This document shows, piece after piece, positions 24,901-36,900 of a stretch of DNA of 64,000 bases. How positions within the stretch are numbered: the stretch's first letter is position 1; each line of letters begins with the position of its first letter. This DNA comes from Guillardia theta CCMP2712 (taxonomy: Eukaryota > Protista > Cryptophyta), in assembly GCF_000315625.1 (NCBI RefSeq), contig NW_005434661.1, forward strand, positions 422,878-486,877. The letters run 5' to 3'. The position numbers were made by a program, and so were the translations under genes. Under the pieces are notes generated by a model, which worked only from the letters and a program-made list of their open reading frames with translations, was not told the origin of the DNA and did not search any database.

Positions 24901-26569
24901 GGACCGCCAATCAATCGACAATAGCCGAGCGCAGATTCTTGAAAACGAACTGAAAGAATCGAGAGAAGCTATTGCCATGCTTTCTCAACAAGTTGAATCG
25001 ATTTCTCAAGCAAAGAACATGGTCGCATACGAGTTGGAGCAAGTCTTTGAACGTTTGAGGATGACGGAAATGGTATGAAGTCACGGAGTCTTTGAAAACC
25101 TGTAACTTCTTGTTTTCCAGGAGAAGTCTGAATCAATGCATCAAATTCTCGATCTTCGCCTTCAGTTGTCGAATGCAAAAGAAAGGGAACGAGAGCAAGG
25201 GCTTGCCTTGAAGGAGTTGGAGCAGGCGGTGTTGATCGTCAAGGGAGAGAATGACAGTTTAGTGGGAGTACGTTGAGACTCGTTTGATGGTCTATCTGCT
25301 CACTCGAGTACAGGTGCAGGAGGAGTGTAAAAGGTTAAAGTCGGAGCTGGAAAGAACCAAGAGCTCTCTACAGAAAGAGGAAGAGTTGGCACAATATCGT
25401 CAAGGACAACTGCTGGACCTGCAAGGTAAAGTCAAAGGGCTCGAAGTCTTCGGGCGTCATGGCGGCCATGACCGACTCAAGGTAAAGGATGTTGGAGGAG
25501 GCGAATGCTGACAGAGAGGCAGGGGGAGAGCGATGAAGACAACCTGCCGGTGAAGATCAGACACCTCGATCGCGTGAATGGCAGAGACAAGGCAGACATG
25601 TCTCGCAGAGAAAACTTCGCGTCTTGGAGCATGGGGTCTCGTCCGTCCCTAGAGGTCTCGGCAATTCCCTTCCTCAAGTGGCTTGACTGACATTCGAATG
25701 CGACGCAGGAGTCGGGTGATGCTGCTGCGATGAGGCAGAGGCTGCTGGGAAGACGCGGAGCTGTCGCCATCTTACGCATGCTTGCCCGCACGTGGTCGAG
25801 GTACCTGGTGATCTCCTGCTTCAACGCTTGGAAGCAACTGGCGAGGGAGGAGGGAGAGGAGGAGGCCGACGAGGATCTCTCGGAGGAGGAAGACTCGCGG
25901 CAACTGGCCATCAAGAGGATCGAGAAGGAGCTGCTGAGTCTCAAGGCTGAGGGTCTCAACTCTGACCGTCGCAAGTTCAAACGGCCGCAGTCTGTCGACC
26001 CAGCGAGCGTGAAGGAGGCTGACCAGTGGAGCCTCAGCCGCCCCAAGTCGCAAGCGAAGATGCTGGCAAGCCTCGGACACAGTGCGAGCTCGGTAGATCA
26101 GCGTCGACAAGGAAAAGACGCGGGGGAGTCGCCCAAGAGCGCGCTGAAGCAGCAGTACCACAGCATGAATAGCTTGGCGGGTCGGTCGATGAGCAAGTCA
26201 GATTTGAGCAGGGCGAACAGCTTCGAGGCGAACAAGAGAAGCGACAGCTGGAGGGGGAGGGAGAGGAGCAAGTCCAGCATGTCGGAGGAGGTGGAGGAGC
26301 AGATCATCAGGCTGATCCGCCTCGGGCGAACCAACTCTCAGGTGCTCTCGCACTATGCCGTCGCTCCCTACGGAGTCTCGGAGGAGCAGGTGGAGACGAT
26401 GCGGGAGAGTTTCATCCGCAACCCAACCGTCGGCTTCTCAGCCCTGCGAAGAGACGGCAGCGGGTCCAAGGGGAGGCGATCAGAGTCAGAAGACTCGGAG
26501 CACGAGGAAAGTCTGGAGATCAGGTATGGAGTAAGCAGCCGCTTGAGCCTAGCGGGTCCGGACGAGTGA
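21945..26569 (+). CDS. Ser/Thr protein kinase (PknB-like catalytic domain) with N-terminal ubiquitin-like domain and long C-terminal coiled coil, multi-exon
   Basis: GGVMGTVYKAQD, VVVKLL, RFNREARIVASLQHPNII, VVHRDLKPAN, VKIIDFGLAR, VGTPMYFAPEQ, TDLWAVGVLIYHCVTG/TLPF; heptad-rich exons ~23850-25430; start approximate. Confidence 0.85.
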
Positions 26570-26684
26570 AGGAGGAGCGAGACCATCTCTGCTCACCATG
26601 TTGAAGTAGTACATGTACTTGAAGATCACCTTGTCTCCCCTCCTCCTCCCATTACTTCCTCCTATCAACCCTCTTCCTCCTCTC

Positions 26685-29600
26685 CTATCGCAGCCCCAGC
26701 CGTCGCATGGCGAGCGTTGCGAGTTCCTTCAGTTCAGGCTGACCAGACTCGAGCATGGCGTGCAGCCCGATGGAGGTGCCGTGCTGGAGAAGAACCGGGC
26801 GAACGCGAGGGAAGGAGGAGATGGAGATGATCAGGTTCGCAGCTTCGCGCTGAACGAGAGGACGAGGAGTCTGCAGGAGCCGCGCGATCTTGACCAGAAC
26901 CTCCTCCTCAAGGGTCGCCGCCAAGTCGGAGCGACCAGAGATCAAGTTACGGAGGGCGAGGAGAGCGTCGCGTTGGATGTCTGGCTCCTGTCGCGACAGC
27001 AGAAGCTTCAGGGCTGCGAAACTCTCAGGCCCTGCCACCCTCCTCACACTCTGAGCGCTGCCACTCGACATGCTCAGCATGATCCTCGCGATCAGCGTCA
27101 TGACCTGACCGTCTGATCTATCGCCATTGCTCCTCGCATCCTCGCTCTCACTGTCCGGCTGATCTGCTTGCGTTGATGAGAGCTGCGGCTTCATGAGACG
27201 GTCGGTGAGGTCGCAGCAGAGGAGGTGCAGGTTATGGTCTGCTGCTTGATCTCGCAGCTTCCTCTCTCGCAAGAGCGACAGCAGGGACAACAGCACGACC
27301 ACCCTGAGCTCCTCCTCCCCCGCCAACCTCGATACGTGCAGCAAGATCCCACACTCGATCGCCTGCACCATGTTCGCCTGCAACGAGACCAAGTTGGTGA
27401 TGACGATGAGCAGGCGAGACTTGACGGGGAGAGCCGTTGCTTCCTTGAGCCTCGCGATCAGCTGAGGCAGCAGGCTTGACCGCGCGAGCTCCGACTGGCA
27501 GGTGGTGTAGGAGGAGAGAGAAACAAGGAGGTCGAGCCAGAAGACGAAGAGCTGCTCGTCGCTACGAGAGAACGTCTCCAGCTCCAGCTCCGTCAAGTCT
27601 GCCGCGTGCTTGCGCAGGTTGAAGTTCTCGTCTCGACACAATTTGGCGAGAGCCACGGAGGCTGTTTGAATGAGCGTGCGAGACGATGCTTGGCTTTTGA
27701 TCAAAGTGATGAGCAGCTGCGGGAAGCGACAAGTTTCAAGGATCTCAACGCTAGTCGGGTCGGGGATGATGGACACGATTGCTGTCAGGAGTCTCTCCTT
27801 CAACAAAGACGCGTCGCCTGCCTGGTTGAACTTGTCAATCAACTTAGTCAAGACTTGATGCTTGAGCAAGAACTCTTTGGGGAGGCGGAAGCGAGAGAGG
27901 GTGATGATGGCTTCGACGGCATAGAGGTATGCTTCTTCTGTGACATCTCCTTCTAACATGTCCGTCATGCTTGCCAGCACGATCTTGTCTGTCACAACGC
28001 GCGGGTCAGCCTTGAGCTTGAAGAAAGTTGCGTTTGACTTGTAGGTCAAAGAGGAGCTGAGAAGAATGTCGCAGACGAGGATGCGTTCGAACGCTTTGAA
28101 CACGCCTCGCACACGGAAGCCCTTCTTCTCTTGGTCGTACTTGACCTCCTCCTCGCTGAACTCCAGCAATCGCCCCGACGAATCTTGATATCCCCGCAGC
28201 TCCTGCGGCAGCTCCCAAGAAGCGACCTCTCGCTGCCTGCTCCAGTAGAAGCTCAACCTGTCGCTCGCGCAGAGTCTGGCGAGGGCGTAGGAGGCGCAGC
28301 ATCTGGTGGGGAAGTCGGTGGAGGAGAGGCAGGCGACGAGGAGGCTGAGGACTTTTGACCTCAACAGCCTCAGTCGCGTGTCGTCCTCCAGGCAGACGGC
28401 AGCTGCGAGGAGGGCAGCGAGAGACTGTCGAGCCGCCATCTTGACTGACTGGACATTCTCACGCGAGCCCAGCATGTGTTCCAGTGACGCTGTGACGCCC
28501 TCCAACAGCCCCTCGTCCCCCGCCAGCATCTCCTTCAGCTCCTTCTTGAACTCCCTTGCAGGTAGCAGACAGAGGAGCAAAGTCGTTCCCAGCTCACGCA
28601 TCCTCCAGCTGCCGTGCTGCAGCAGCTGGAGACAAACCTGCTGGGCTCCATTCTCGAGAGCCAGGGACAAGCAGCTCCTGCAGGCGTCGGCGTGCGAACA
28701 GCGAGGGAGGCACTGGCGGAGGACGACAATCTCACCTTGGAACTTAGCCTGGAAGTGATGCTCGCTCTCAGACAACACCTGACATCGCTTGCACTCCAGC
28801 AGTCCAACCAGCCCATCCACGCTCCTCTTGACATGCTCCTCTCCCTCCTCCTCCTCGCCCTCCTCCTCTCTTCCTCCTCTGACTGCCAGGGACTTGAGCG
28901 AGGCCAGCACAGCCTCCACAGCTCCGCACTCAAGGGCTTGCAACCTCAGCCCGACGTGTCCCCTCGCACAGGAAGCCAACGCCCTCATCGCCGGAATGGC
29001 ACAGGAGCGATGAGAAGCAGCCGCGTCCTTGAGGGCGGAGATGAGACCATGCTCGAGCACAAACTGCCTGCACTGCTCCAGGTCACTGAGCTTGAGCAAG
29101 ACGTTGGCAGCGACGAGGATGAAAGTTTCCGAGGCAGCGAGCAGAAGCCTCTTGGCCCCCACCAGCAGACCAGCATCGACGAGAAGCTTCTTGTAACCCT
29201 CCTTGTGCCTGCTCCTGTTGCCGATGCTTGCGGCGACAGCAGCACAGAGCTCGCTTGCGACGGAGATATCAGGTTCAGCAAGCAAGGCTTGAACCAACTC
29301 CCTCGCCAAGGTCAGAGACTTGCTCGAGCCTTCGCTCTCAAACGGAACATGTCGCAGGTACTTGGCCATCACCTTGGCTGCTGATCGTTTGGCTGCACTT
29401 GAAACGGGCTGGCTCAAGGGCAGCAGGAGAGCTTGAGGGCGATGGTGCTCGTAAAACGCCAGCGACATGTCGCGATGCTCCATGAGGCGCTGCAGGCAGA
29501 CGCTGACGGACTGCGAGACTCGCTCCTCCCCCCCCTCATACCTCTCATACAACCTCTCCATGGTCCCGCACACCAGCATTGCTTTTCTGCTGCTCTCGTC

Positions 29601-32600
29601 TTGTGCGAAGGCAGCGATGACGTGGCAAGCACTGACGACAACAGCTGCATTCGCCATCTCAAGCAAGTTGTTGCAGATCACGAGAATGCCCTGAGCTTTG
29701 AGTAGCGCGAAGTTGCTTGTTTCTGCTATCAGCTCCTCGACGCACTGGAGAGACGAGAGAACCAAGCTCTCGCTCGAGCTCAACAGGCTCTCGCTGACCA
29801 CCACAGCTGACAGCTGGCACACGATGAACGACCAGGACTTGTCGCGGGCGACGAGGCGAAGGAACTTACAGCACTCTGTCTTAATCCTCTCTGACTCAGT
29901 TCGATGCAGCAGGGAGCTCACCAGGTGCAGGCCATCCTGACCCCCAGCAGGCTTGACCAGCTTCACACAATCGGCGAAGCTGTCAGGGAGGCGGAGCACC
30001 TGGTTGAGAGCCTTCAAGGCCTCCAAGTTGTCAAACTCCAAACGAGAGCTCAGCATCTCGAGCAGCCGCAGCACGAGGTCGGAAGAGACCAGCCGCCAGC
30101 TGAGGTCGTGTCCCAGTAGCACCTCCAGCACTCGAGCAGCAACGCGGCGACACTCGTAGCGACAGGCAGACATGCGAAGGAGCAGAAGGTCGCGGAGGTT
30201 CAGACCTCTCAGCTGGGACCTGACGTTCTCGAACTTGGCCAAGCACACGATGCTCTTGAGGGCTGCCTTGACCGTCTTGCCGCTGTCAGCTCGGAGGTAC
30301 TGCTTGACCCTCGGCAGGAGAAGAAGAAATTTCTTGTCGTCAAGAAGCGACGCCAGCAAGCACATGTTGACGAAGATGTAAGGCCGGAGCTGCTCGAATC
30401 GTTTCTGCCCATCATTGTCCTTCAACCGGTTGAATGAATCGTCAAGAAATTGTTGAGTGCATGGAATACCTCGCTGAAGGATTTCTTCAAAGACCTTGAG
30501 GCTGGTCTTGGAGATGTTCAAGTCAGAGGTTTCAGACAGGTCAAGGACTTGCGTCATCGTTTCTTGTGTAGCGATCTCTTCAACTATGACGTTCCCCTTC
30601 TCTTCGTTTCGACGAGCAAGCACAAGCATTGTTCTCATCATCTTCAGCGCCTCTGACGAGCGGTGAACCTTCCCGTCCCTTTCGAGCATCATCTCCATTC
30701 CGCCATGTTCGACGAAGAGGTGGGCGTCAGCTGGGCTCTGAATGAAAGACGCTATGGCAGGCAGTAGCTGCCTCGTGAGCAGCAGCGACGAGCTGGACCT
30801 GAAGGTGAGGAAGAGGGCGAGCAAGAGGCGAACCCTCTCCTCTTGCAGCGAGAGATGCAAAGAAAGGAGAGGCAAAAGTTCAACGATCCCCAGCATGAGA
30901 CCCAGCAGTTGAGACTTGTCAAGAAGATGAATCAACCTGGGTATCAGACCAAGATCCACCAGCCGCTGCCTCATCTCTTCCTTGTCTTTTCCTCTCGCAA
31001 TGTCTGCAAGACACTTGACGACATGCTGAACGTTCATCATGTCACGGTCTTTCAAGGCATCCATCAGAACCTCAAACAAGTTTTGTCCGAACAAGAATGT
31101 TTGCATGTCAGAAATCTCGCACATCTTTGAGATGATGTCAGTGTACCTCCCTGTCATGTCAGGCGCCCTGTCTGAGCGTCTGAGGTACTGCAGCAATCTT
31201 TGCAGCATGCTTCGGATACAAGGCCTTGTGAACATCACAAGAATCTTGTCGAGCTTGTTCTCCCCAAGCAGTTCAGTAGTGACAAGACTCTGAAACATCT
31301 TCGCAGACACACCGTCTCGTTCTACGCCCCTGCACACGTTGAGACAGATCTCGTCCAAGACCGCAGGGTAACACATCTTCAACCTCATTGACGGTTCAGC
31401 TCTGCAAACTAACAAGATTGAATTTTCAAGCAGCTGCATCTCTACGTTGATGTTGCCATCGAACGCGTAAGAGAAGCGACGGACAACTTCGTCGGTGAGC
31501 AGTTCTTGCGTCTTCTTTGCGGATATGGCGGCAAGAAACAAGCTCAAGCAGCCTCGTAACGTCTCCGAGTAGAGCGACAGCATCGCTTGTGAGCTGACAA
31601 GACCTTGCAAGAGCTGAACGTCTTCAGAGGACATGTTGGTGCGTTGCCGGTGAAGGTCAAAGGCATGGAGGTACGCGATGACGGTCAGCAGCCTTGCGAT
31701 CCTAAGCTCGAAGCGACAAGGGATGGAGCTGAGAGATGAGACGAGGAGCTTACACAAGTCCCGCTGCAGCTCGTATGAGACGAGCTCACGAAAGGGAAAG
31801 CTCTCACAGCAGGACTCTGACGTCAGCTCTCTCGGTGTCATCGGAAATCGTTTGCGCTCCGGCAGGTGATGCTGAAAGGCGCCAATGAACAAGTTGAGGC
31901 AGAGGTCCAACACTCCTCCATCGCCCACGTCCTCACCCCCGCGCATCAGCGAGCTGCGAATGCTCTCTTTCACGTGCGGCACCAGCACCTTGAGCTCTTC
32001 GACGTCGAAGCATCTGAGGCCAGCTGCTGCTGAGCTCTTGTAGGTCGCATGCAGGAGCGTCAGGGCGGCAGGAGCGTGCGAGGAGAGGGGAGAGGAGAGG
32101 AGATTGAGACACAAGTCCACCCCTCCGCTCTCCCGCATGACTCGGGCCGCAAAGACGTTGGAGGAGATGAGGCGAGCCAGCAAGTCTCTCATGCATGAAA
32201 GTTCCTCCCCGCCGTCACCCGCGCGTCTGCTTCCTCCAACAACTGAGCGCAAGAGCTTGAGGGAGCGATCGAGATGAGCCTCGTCCACCAGCTCCTCCGT
32301 CCTGCCCTCCAGCATCTGATCCAGCAGCCGACTCAACAAGCTCGCTTCCTTCCAGCTCCTCTCCTTCACGCGTCGCTCGAGTGACCTCTTGGCAGCAGCT
32401 ATCAGCTCGCGGTTGATGTGCGAGGGGTTGGCCTGCAAGAAGCACAGCAGCAACTCCATCCTCGTGGGGTCTTCTCCCCTCGTCGTCTCAAGGAAGAAGT
32501 GAAGCTCCTCTGACCCTCGCACTGCCTTCGCCAAGCTGCTTCCCTTGGCCATGGCTGGCAGGGGTGAAGGATCATCCCCAGACTGCGATTGAGAATCGAG

Positions 32601-33805
32601 CGGGGGGAACCGACTTCCAAAAGCCTCGTGGGCTTCAGCAGCGGCAGCAGAGAGGAGAGGCGAGACGAGAGCTGCAGACATCAGGTCCCTCAAGCTCATC
32701 GCGACCACCAGCTCGTGTCCAGCTACTCGCACCTTGTCGATCGGAAACAAGAGGATCACGGCGAGGGTGCTTGCGAACAAGGAAGGATCCTTCGCCAGCT
32801 GACCCTCCATCAGTTGCTTGACAGCAGTCTGACCTTGACAGAAGGGAAGCAGCGACTCTGAGAGACAAGTCAGGAGCAGAGAGGCAAGGAGGAGCTCTCA
32901 CTGAAAAGCTCGAGGGCCGTGAGGATGAACTCTTGTGTCAGGTTCTCTCTGACCTGAGCCATCACCGCTAGCAAGAAACTCTCTCGCTCCATGACCGCTA
33001 GCACAGAGCTTGTCTCCACGCTATGCAGCTTGTTGGCGCTCAACCTGGTGATCTGATGAATGATTCTTAGCGCTGCGAGCTTGACCGGCTGGTCCTTGCT
33101 TAGCTGAAACAAGCTCACGAACCTCTCCAACAGCTCCCAGGCTTCGATCACGGCGAGAGCGCTGCCAGGAGGGGAGGCGAAGACAAACTTGTGGATGAGA
33201 AGCGCGGAGATGCGCTGAAGGTCTCGCGAGCGAGAAGCGAGTCGGTCGATGAGGGAAGGCAGGAGGTTGTCAAGGTGAGGCCTGGCGAGATGATCCTCAA
33301 GAAGGAAGAGAAATCGAAAGAAAGACAATTGCTCGTTCACTTGCGGTGATTGTGAAAGTTGCTGCTCCATGACAGACACAACCTGCTGCTCTACCAGGTA
33401 CTGCTGCACTCTCTCATTCTTATACACTAACACATGCATGAGCCTCATGGCAGCGAGGTGTCGACAAGGTTCACACAGCGCCTCTCGCATCACAGACAAA
33501 AAGTTGTCATGCATGGCGATCATCTCTTGCCTCTCCTTGTCTTGTATGCTTGCTTCCCAACTGCCACCTGTCCAAGGTTGCAAGTCATCGGCCCTGAGAC
33601 AGAGCCCTCGCAGATCTGACAGCCGTCGATCGATGTCCTCGGCGTCTTTCAAGTCTCTCATCAAGCTTCTGATCGCGCTAGCTCCATCAGTCACTTCATC
33701 TGTCGCTGTCTCTCCTCCTCCTCCTCCTCCTCCTCCGTCGTCGTCGTGCTCCTTCTCCTCTCCGTCTCTCTCGTCCATCCTCTCCGCCTCCTCCGCCTCC
33801 TCCAT
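26685..33805 (-). CDS. Giant armadillo/HEAT-repeat protein (~2,350 aa), two exons joined by a short intron near 32858-32902
   Basis: 2041-aa ORF 26685-32810 plus 324-aa ORF 32870-33844; A|gtgag..ctcag|AG junction keeps frame; Leu-rich helical ARM-like repeats (LVDLGLIPRLIHLL, ALLALRNL, VQREAANLIISIS). Confidence 0.85.
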
Positions 33806-33987
33806 CCCCTCCCCTGCCCCTCCCTCCCCTGCCCCTCTCTCCAATCGAGCGGCCCTAAATGAAACCTACGGAAATTCCGACACTGAGAGAAATGGGGCAT
33901 GGGAGGTCAGACTGCTGCTGATCCTCTCGCTCAAGTGCTTTCAGGTGTATCGTTTTACTGCACATGTTACCATCTTATGTTTCTACT

Positions 33988-36900
33988 TCATCTGCGAGGC
34001 AGGAGCAGCTTGTGAGCGAGCGAGTGGAACTTGGAGGCCTGCATGCTGATGTACTGATGCGTCGCTCCCTGCAGCTCTTCTATCTTCCCTCGGTTCGTCT
34101 GGTCCAGCGGAACGTCAAACGCATCCCCCTCGGGCGAGAAGCGGTAGTAACTTCCCTCCGCCATCGCGTCTTCCAGACAGTCAGCGATTCTCGACACGCT
34201 GCTGGCGCTGTAGATTACTGTATTCAAGACCCCCTGCCGTAGCTTGAGATCGCTCCTCCTCTCTCCTCCTCAGCCTCACCTGCCATCCAACTCCTGCTCC
34301 AGGAAGCGCCCGGACAGGAGGGGAACCTGTAGCAAGCGATACCACACACTCGATGGGTGTGTTGGGGAACAGACACTTGGCTTCGTGTATCCCAATGGCC
34401 GCAGGGTTGTTGGCAACGCATCCTCCTGCGGTCGAGTCAGCAGCTCCCAGCAGAGCAGCAGCTTACCGTCCAGGTGCCTTCCCAGCTCGTGCTGGACATC
34501 GTCGAAGTAGCTGGGTGCCGCAGAGGTCGCTCGCAGTGCGGTAACGAGAGAAGCGTCGCACGTTCCCGGGTAGCGCGAGCAGGCGTCAAGAGGATACGCG
34601 TAGTTGCGCCAGATGAAGGGCTGGGAGACGTCAGGGGAGGCGGCAGACGCGTGAGGTACCTGAGCTGGGACAACAGAGGCGAGGGTGGAGGTCATGAAGC
34701 AGAAGGGTCTGGCTGGAGTGTCGAGGAGCGAGCCGTTGCCGTACTGCTCGCGAAACAAGTCCTCGAGCAATCTCGCATCGTACTGCCCCCACTTCATTCC
34801 GACGCCTCCAACCTCCTCCCCTCCTAACCTTGGAGCCCGTGTACGTGAGCTGCTGAGCCGTGGTGAACCAACCCTTCCGGAAGATGCTCGAGCTAATGCG
34901 GAAGAACTGCGAAGAGTCAGGCAGAGGAGAAGCTGAGAAGACCTGCCGGGACCTGCTCTTCGATCTCTTCCAGCGTTCGCCCTATGGTGAGGGCCATGGC
35001 TAGCAGCCCCCCAGCGCTCGTCCCACAGATCACGTCGAAGATCTCATGAATTCTTCTCCCCGAGTCTGCTTCTACTTTCCTGAGCAGCTCCACCAGCACC
35101 AGCCCTCGGATTCCTCCTCCGTCCATGGCCAACACTCTCACTCCCCTTCCAGACAGAGTCCTCGCTGAACTGTCGCCGAGCAGCCGCTGGATCCTCAGGA
35201 TGTCGCCCCTCGTCCTCGCCCACTCCTCTTCCTCCTTCCTCCGAGCTTCAGTCGGCTTAGAAGCCTGCTCCTCGGAGTTCGCTTCATCTTCCCTCTTCCG
35301 CTTGCTGCCTTCATCCCGCAGCTGCAAGCCTCGTCACTTCAGTGTTGCAACTTCCTGGCCTCACCAGCTTGTGCAGCAGCGGAAGCGCGCGGAAGACAAG
35401 CTTGCGACGACACTCCACCGGGACATGGAGGGAGCACAGGACAGGAGCCTGCGAACCTGAGGCGGCTTGCTTCTTCTTCAACTCCACGTACGCTTGCAGG
35501 CGTGACGCCTCCTCTTTGGGGATGCAGATGACGGGGATGGTGACGTCACCGAAATCGCGAGGTAGATGCTGCAGCACGGGATACTGTGCTGCTCCTCCTA
35601 GAAGTGTGAGGATGACTGCCAACAGCTCGTGAGGACGAAGGGAGGAGCTTGAGCTGACTCACCTGCGCTGGCTCCCGACTGCTGGCACATGCGGATAGAA
35701 GCGACGGCTGCCTCACGCGAGGGCTGGGGGAAGAATCAGAAGCGGCCATGACTACTTCTCCTCTCACCTGCTGCCCCGTTAAGAGCGCGACGTCGCCCTG
35801 GTCACAAACAAAGTTGCTCCCCTTCTCGAGGAGGGAGGACGCGATCATCGCCAGCTTTCCTCTGAATTCTCTTTTCCAACGACCAGCGGCCACAACTCCC
35901 CACACTGAGAAAGATTCCAGCTCAGCAAGATCCGCAGCATCCAAGTGCGAGGTCGTGACAGGTCCTGATCCTTGTCCTCCTCTGTCGCTACTTGTCGCTT
36001 CTTCTCCTTCCCTTGTCGCCTCCTCTTGCACCTCCACGTGCAACTTAGTAAGGACTACATCTGTCTGCGCCAGATTCTTGATGATGATGAGCGCGTTGAT
36101 GTGAGGCGAGGAATGAGAAAAGCTCAAAGTCGAAGAGGAGGAGGAAGAGGAAGCAGCAGAGGCGGCGGCGGCAACGGTATCGGTGGCGGAGGAGAAGGAA
36201 GCATCCTCTAGCGCCAAGGAGGTATGGTCGCTCTCTACAAGCGCAGAGATCACAGGGTCGAGGATCTGCAGACGAAGTAGTTCTATCCTCATCTCATGGG
36301 ATACGCAGAGGCTGCACACGGCAGGGTCAGAGCCTCCCCTGGGGCCTCTCCGACAGACCTGGCGATACCCAGAAGGGCGTCTGACCGCAGCTCTCTGTCG
36401 TCCTCCTCCTCCTGCCTTGCACGAGCCCGACGCTCATGCTGATACTTCTGCAGAGATGAAATGAGCAGCAGGAAGAAATGAAACAATGAGATGGGCCAAC
36501 AGCACACGAAGATGGTGAAAAGAAGAGACATTGGAGGACACAACAGACATGAGGCAAGAGAGATGAAGATTGGAAGAAATGAACAAGAATCGAGGGGAGG
36601 AGGAAGTCAACAACAACAGAAGTTGCAGAAGAACAAGAAGCTGAGAGCATCGATGGAGGCGAAGGGACGAGAAGATGCGAACATGAGACGGCGGAATGAC
36701 AGCATCAGCAAGAATGTTGAGTGCTGGAGAGGCGACGATCTTGGCTGCCATGTCGGCATTCTTGGAGAGGCTGGAGATACGAAGGATGAGAGCTCGCTGA
36801 ACTTCCTTGCGAACGGTCTGGCACAAAGAGAATCAAAGGCAGGATAGGCAGCGAAGCATCACCTTGATGAAATACAAGTCAAGAATCTCTCGACGGAGAG

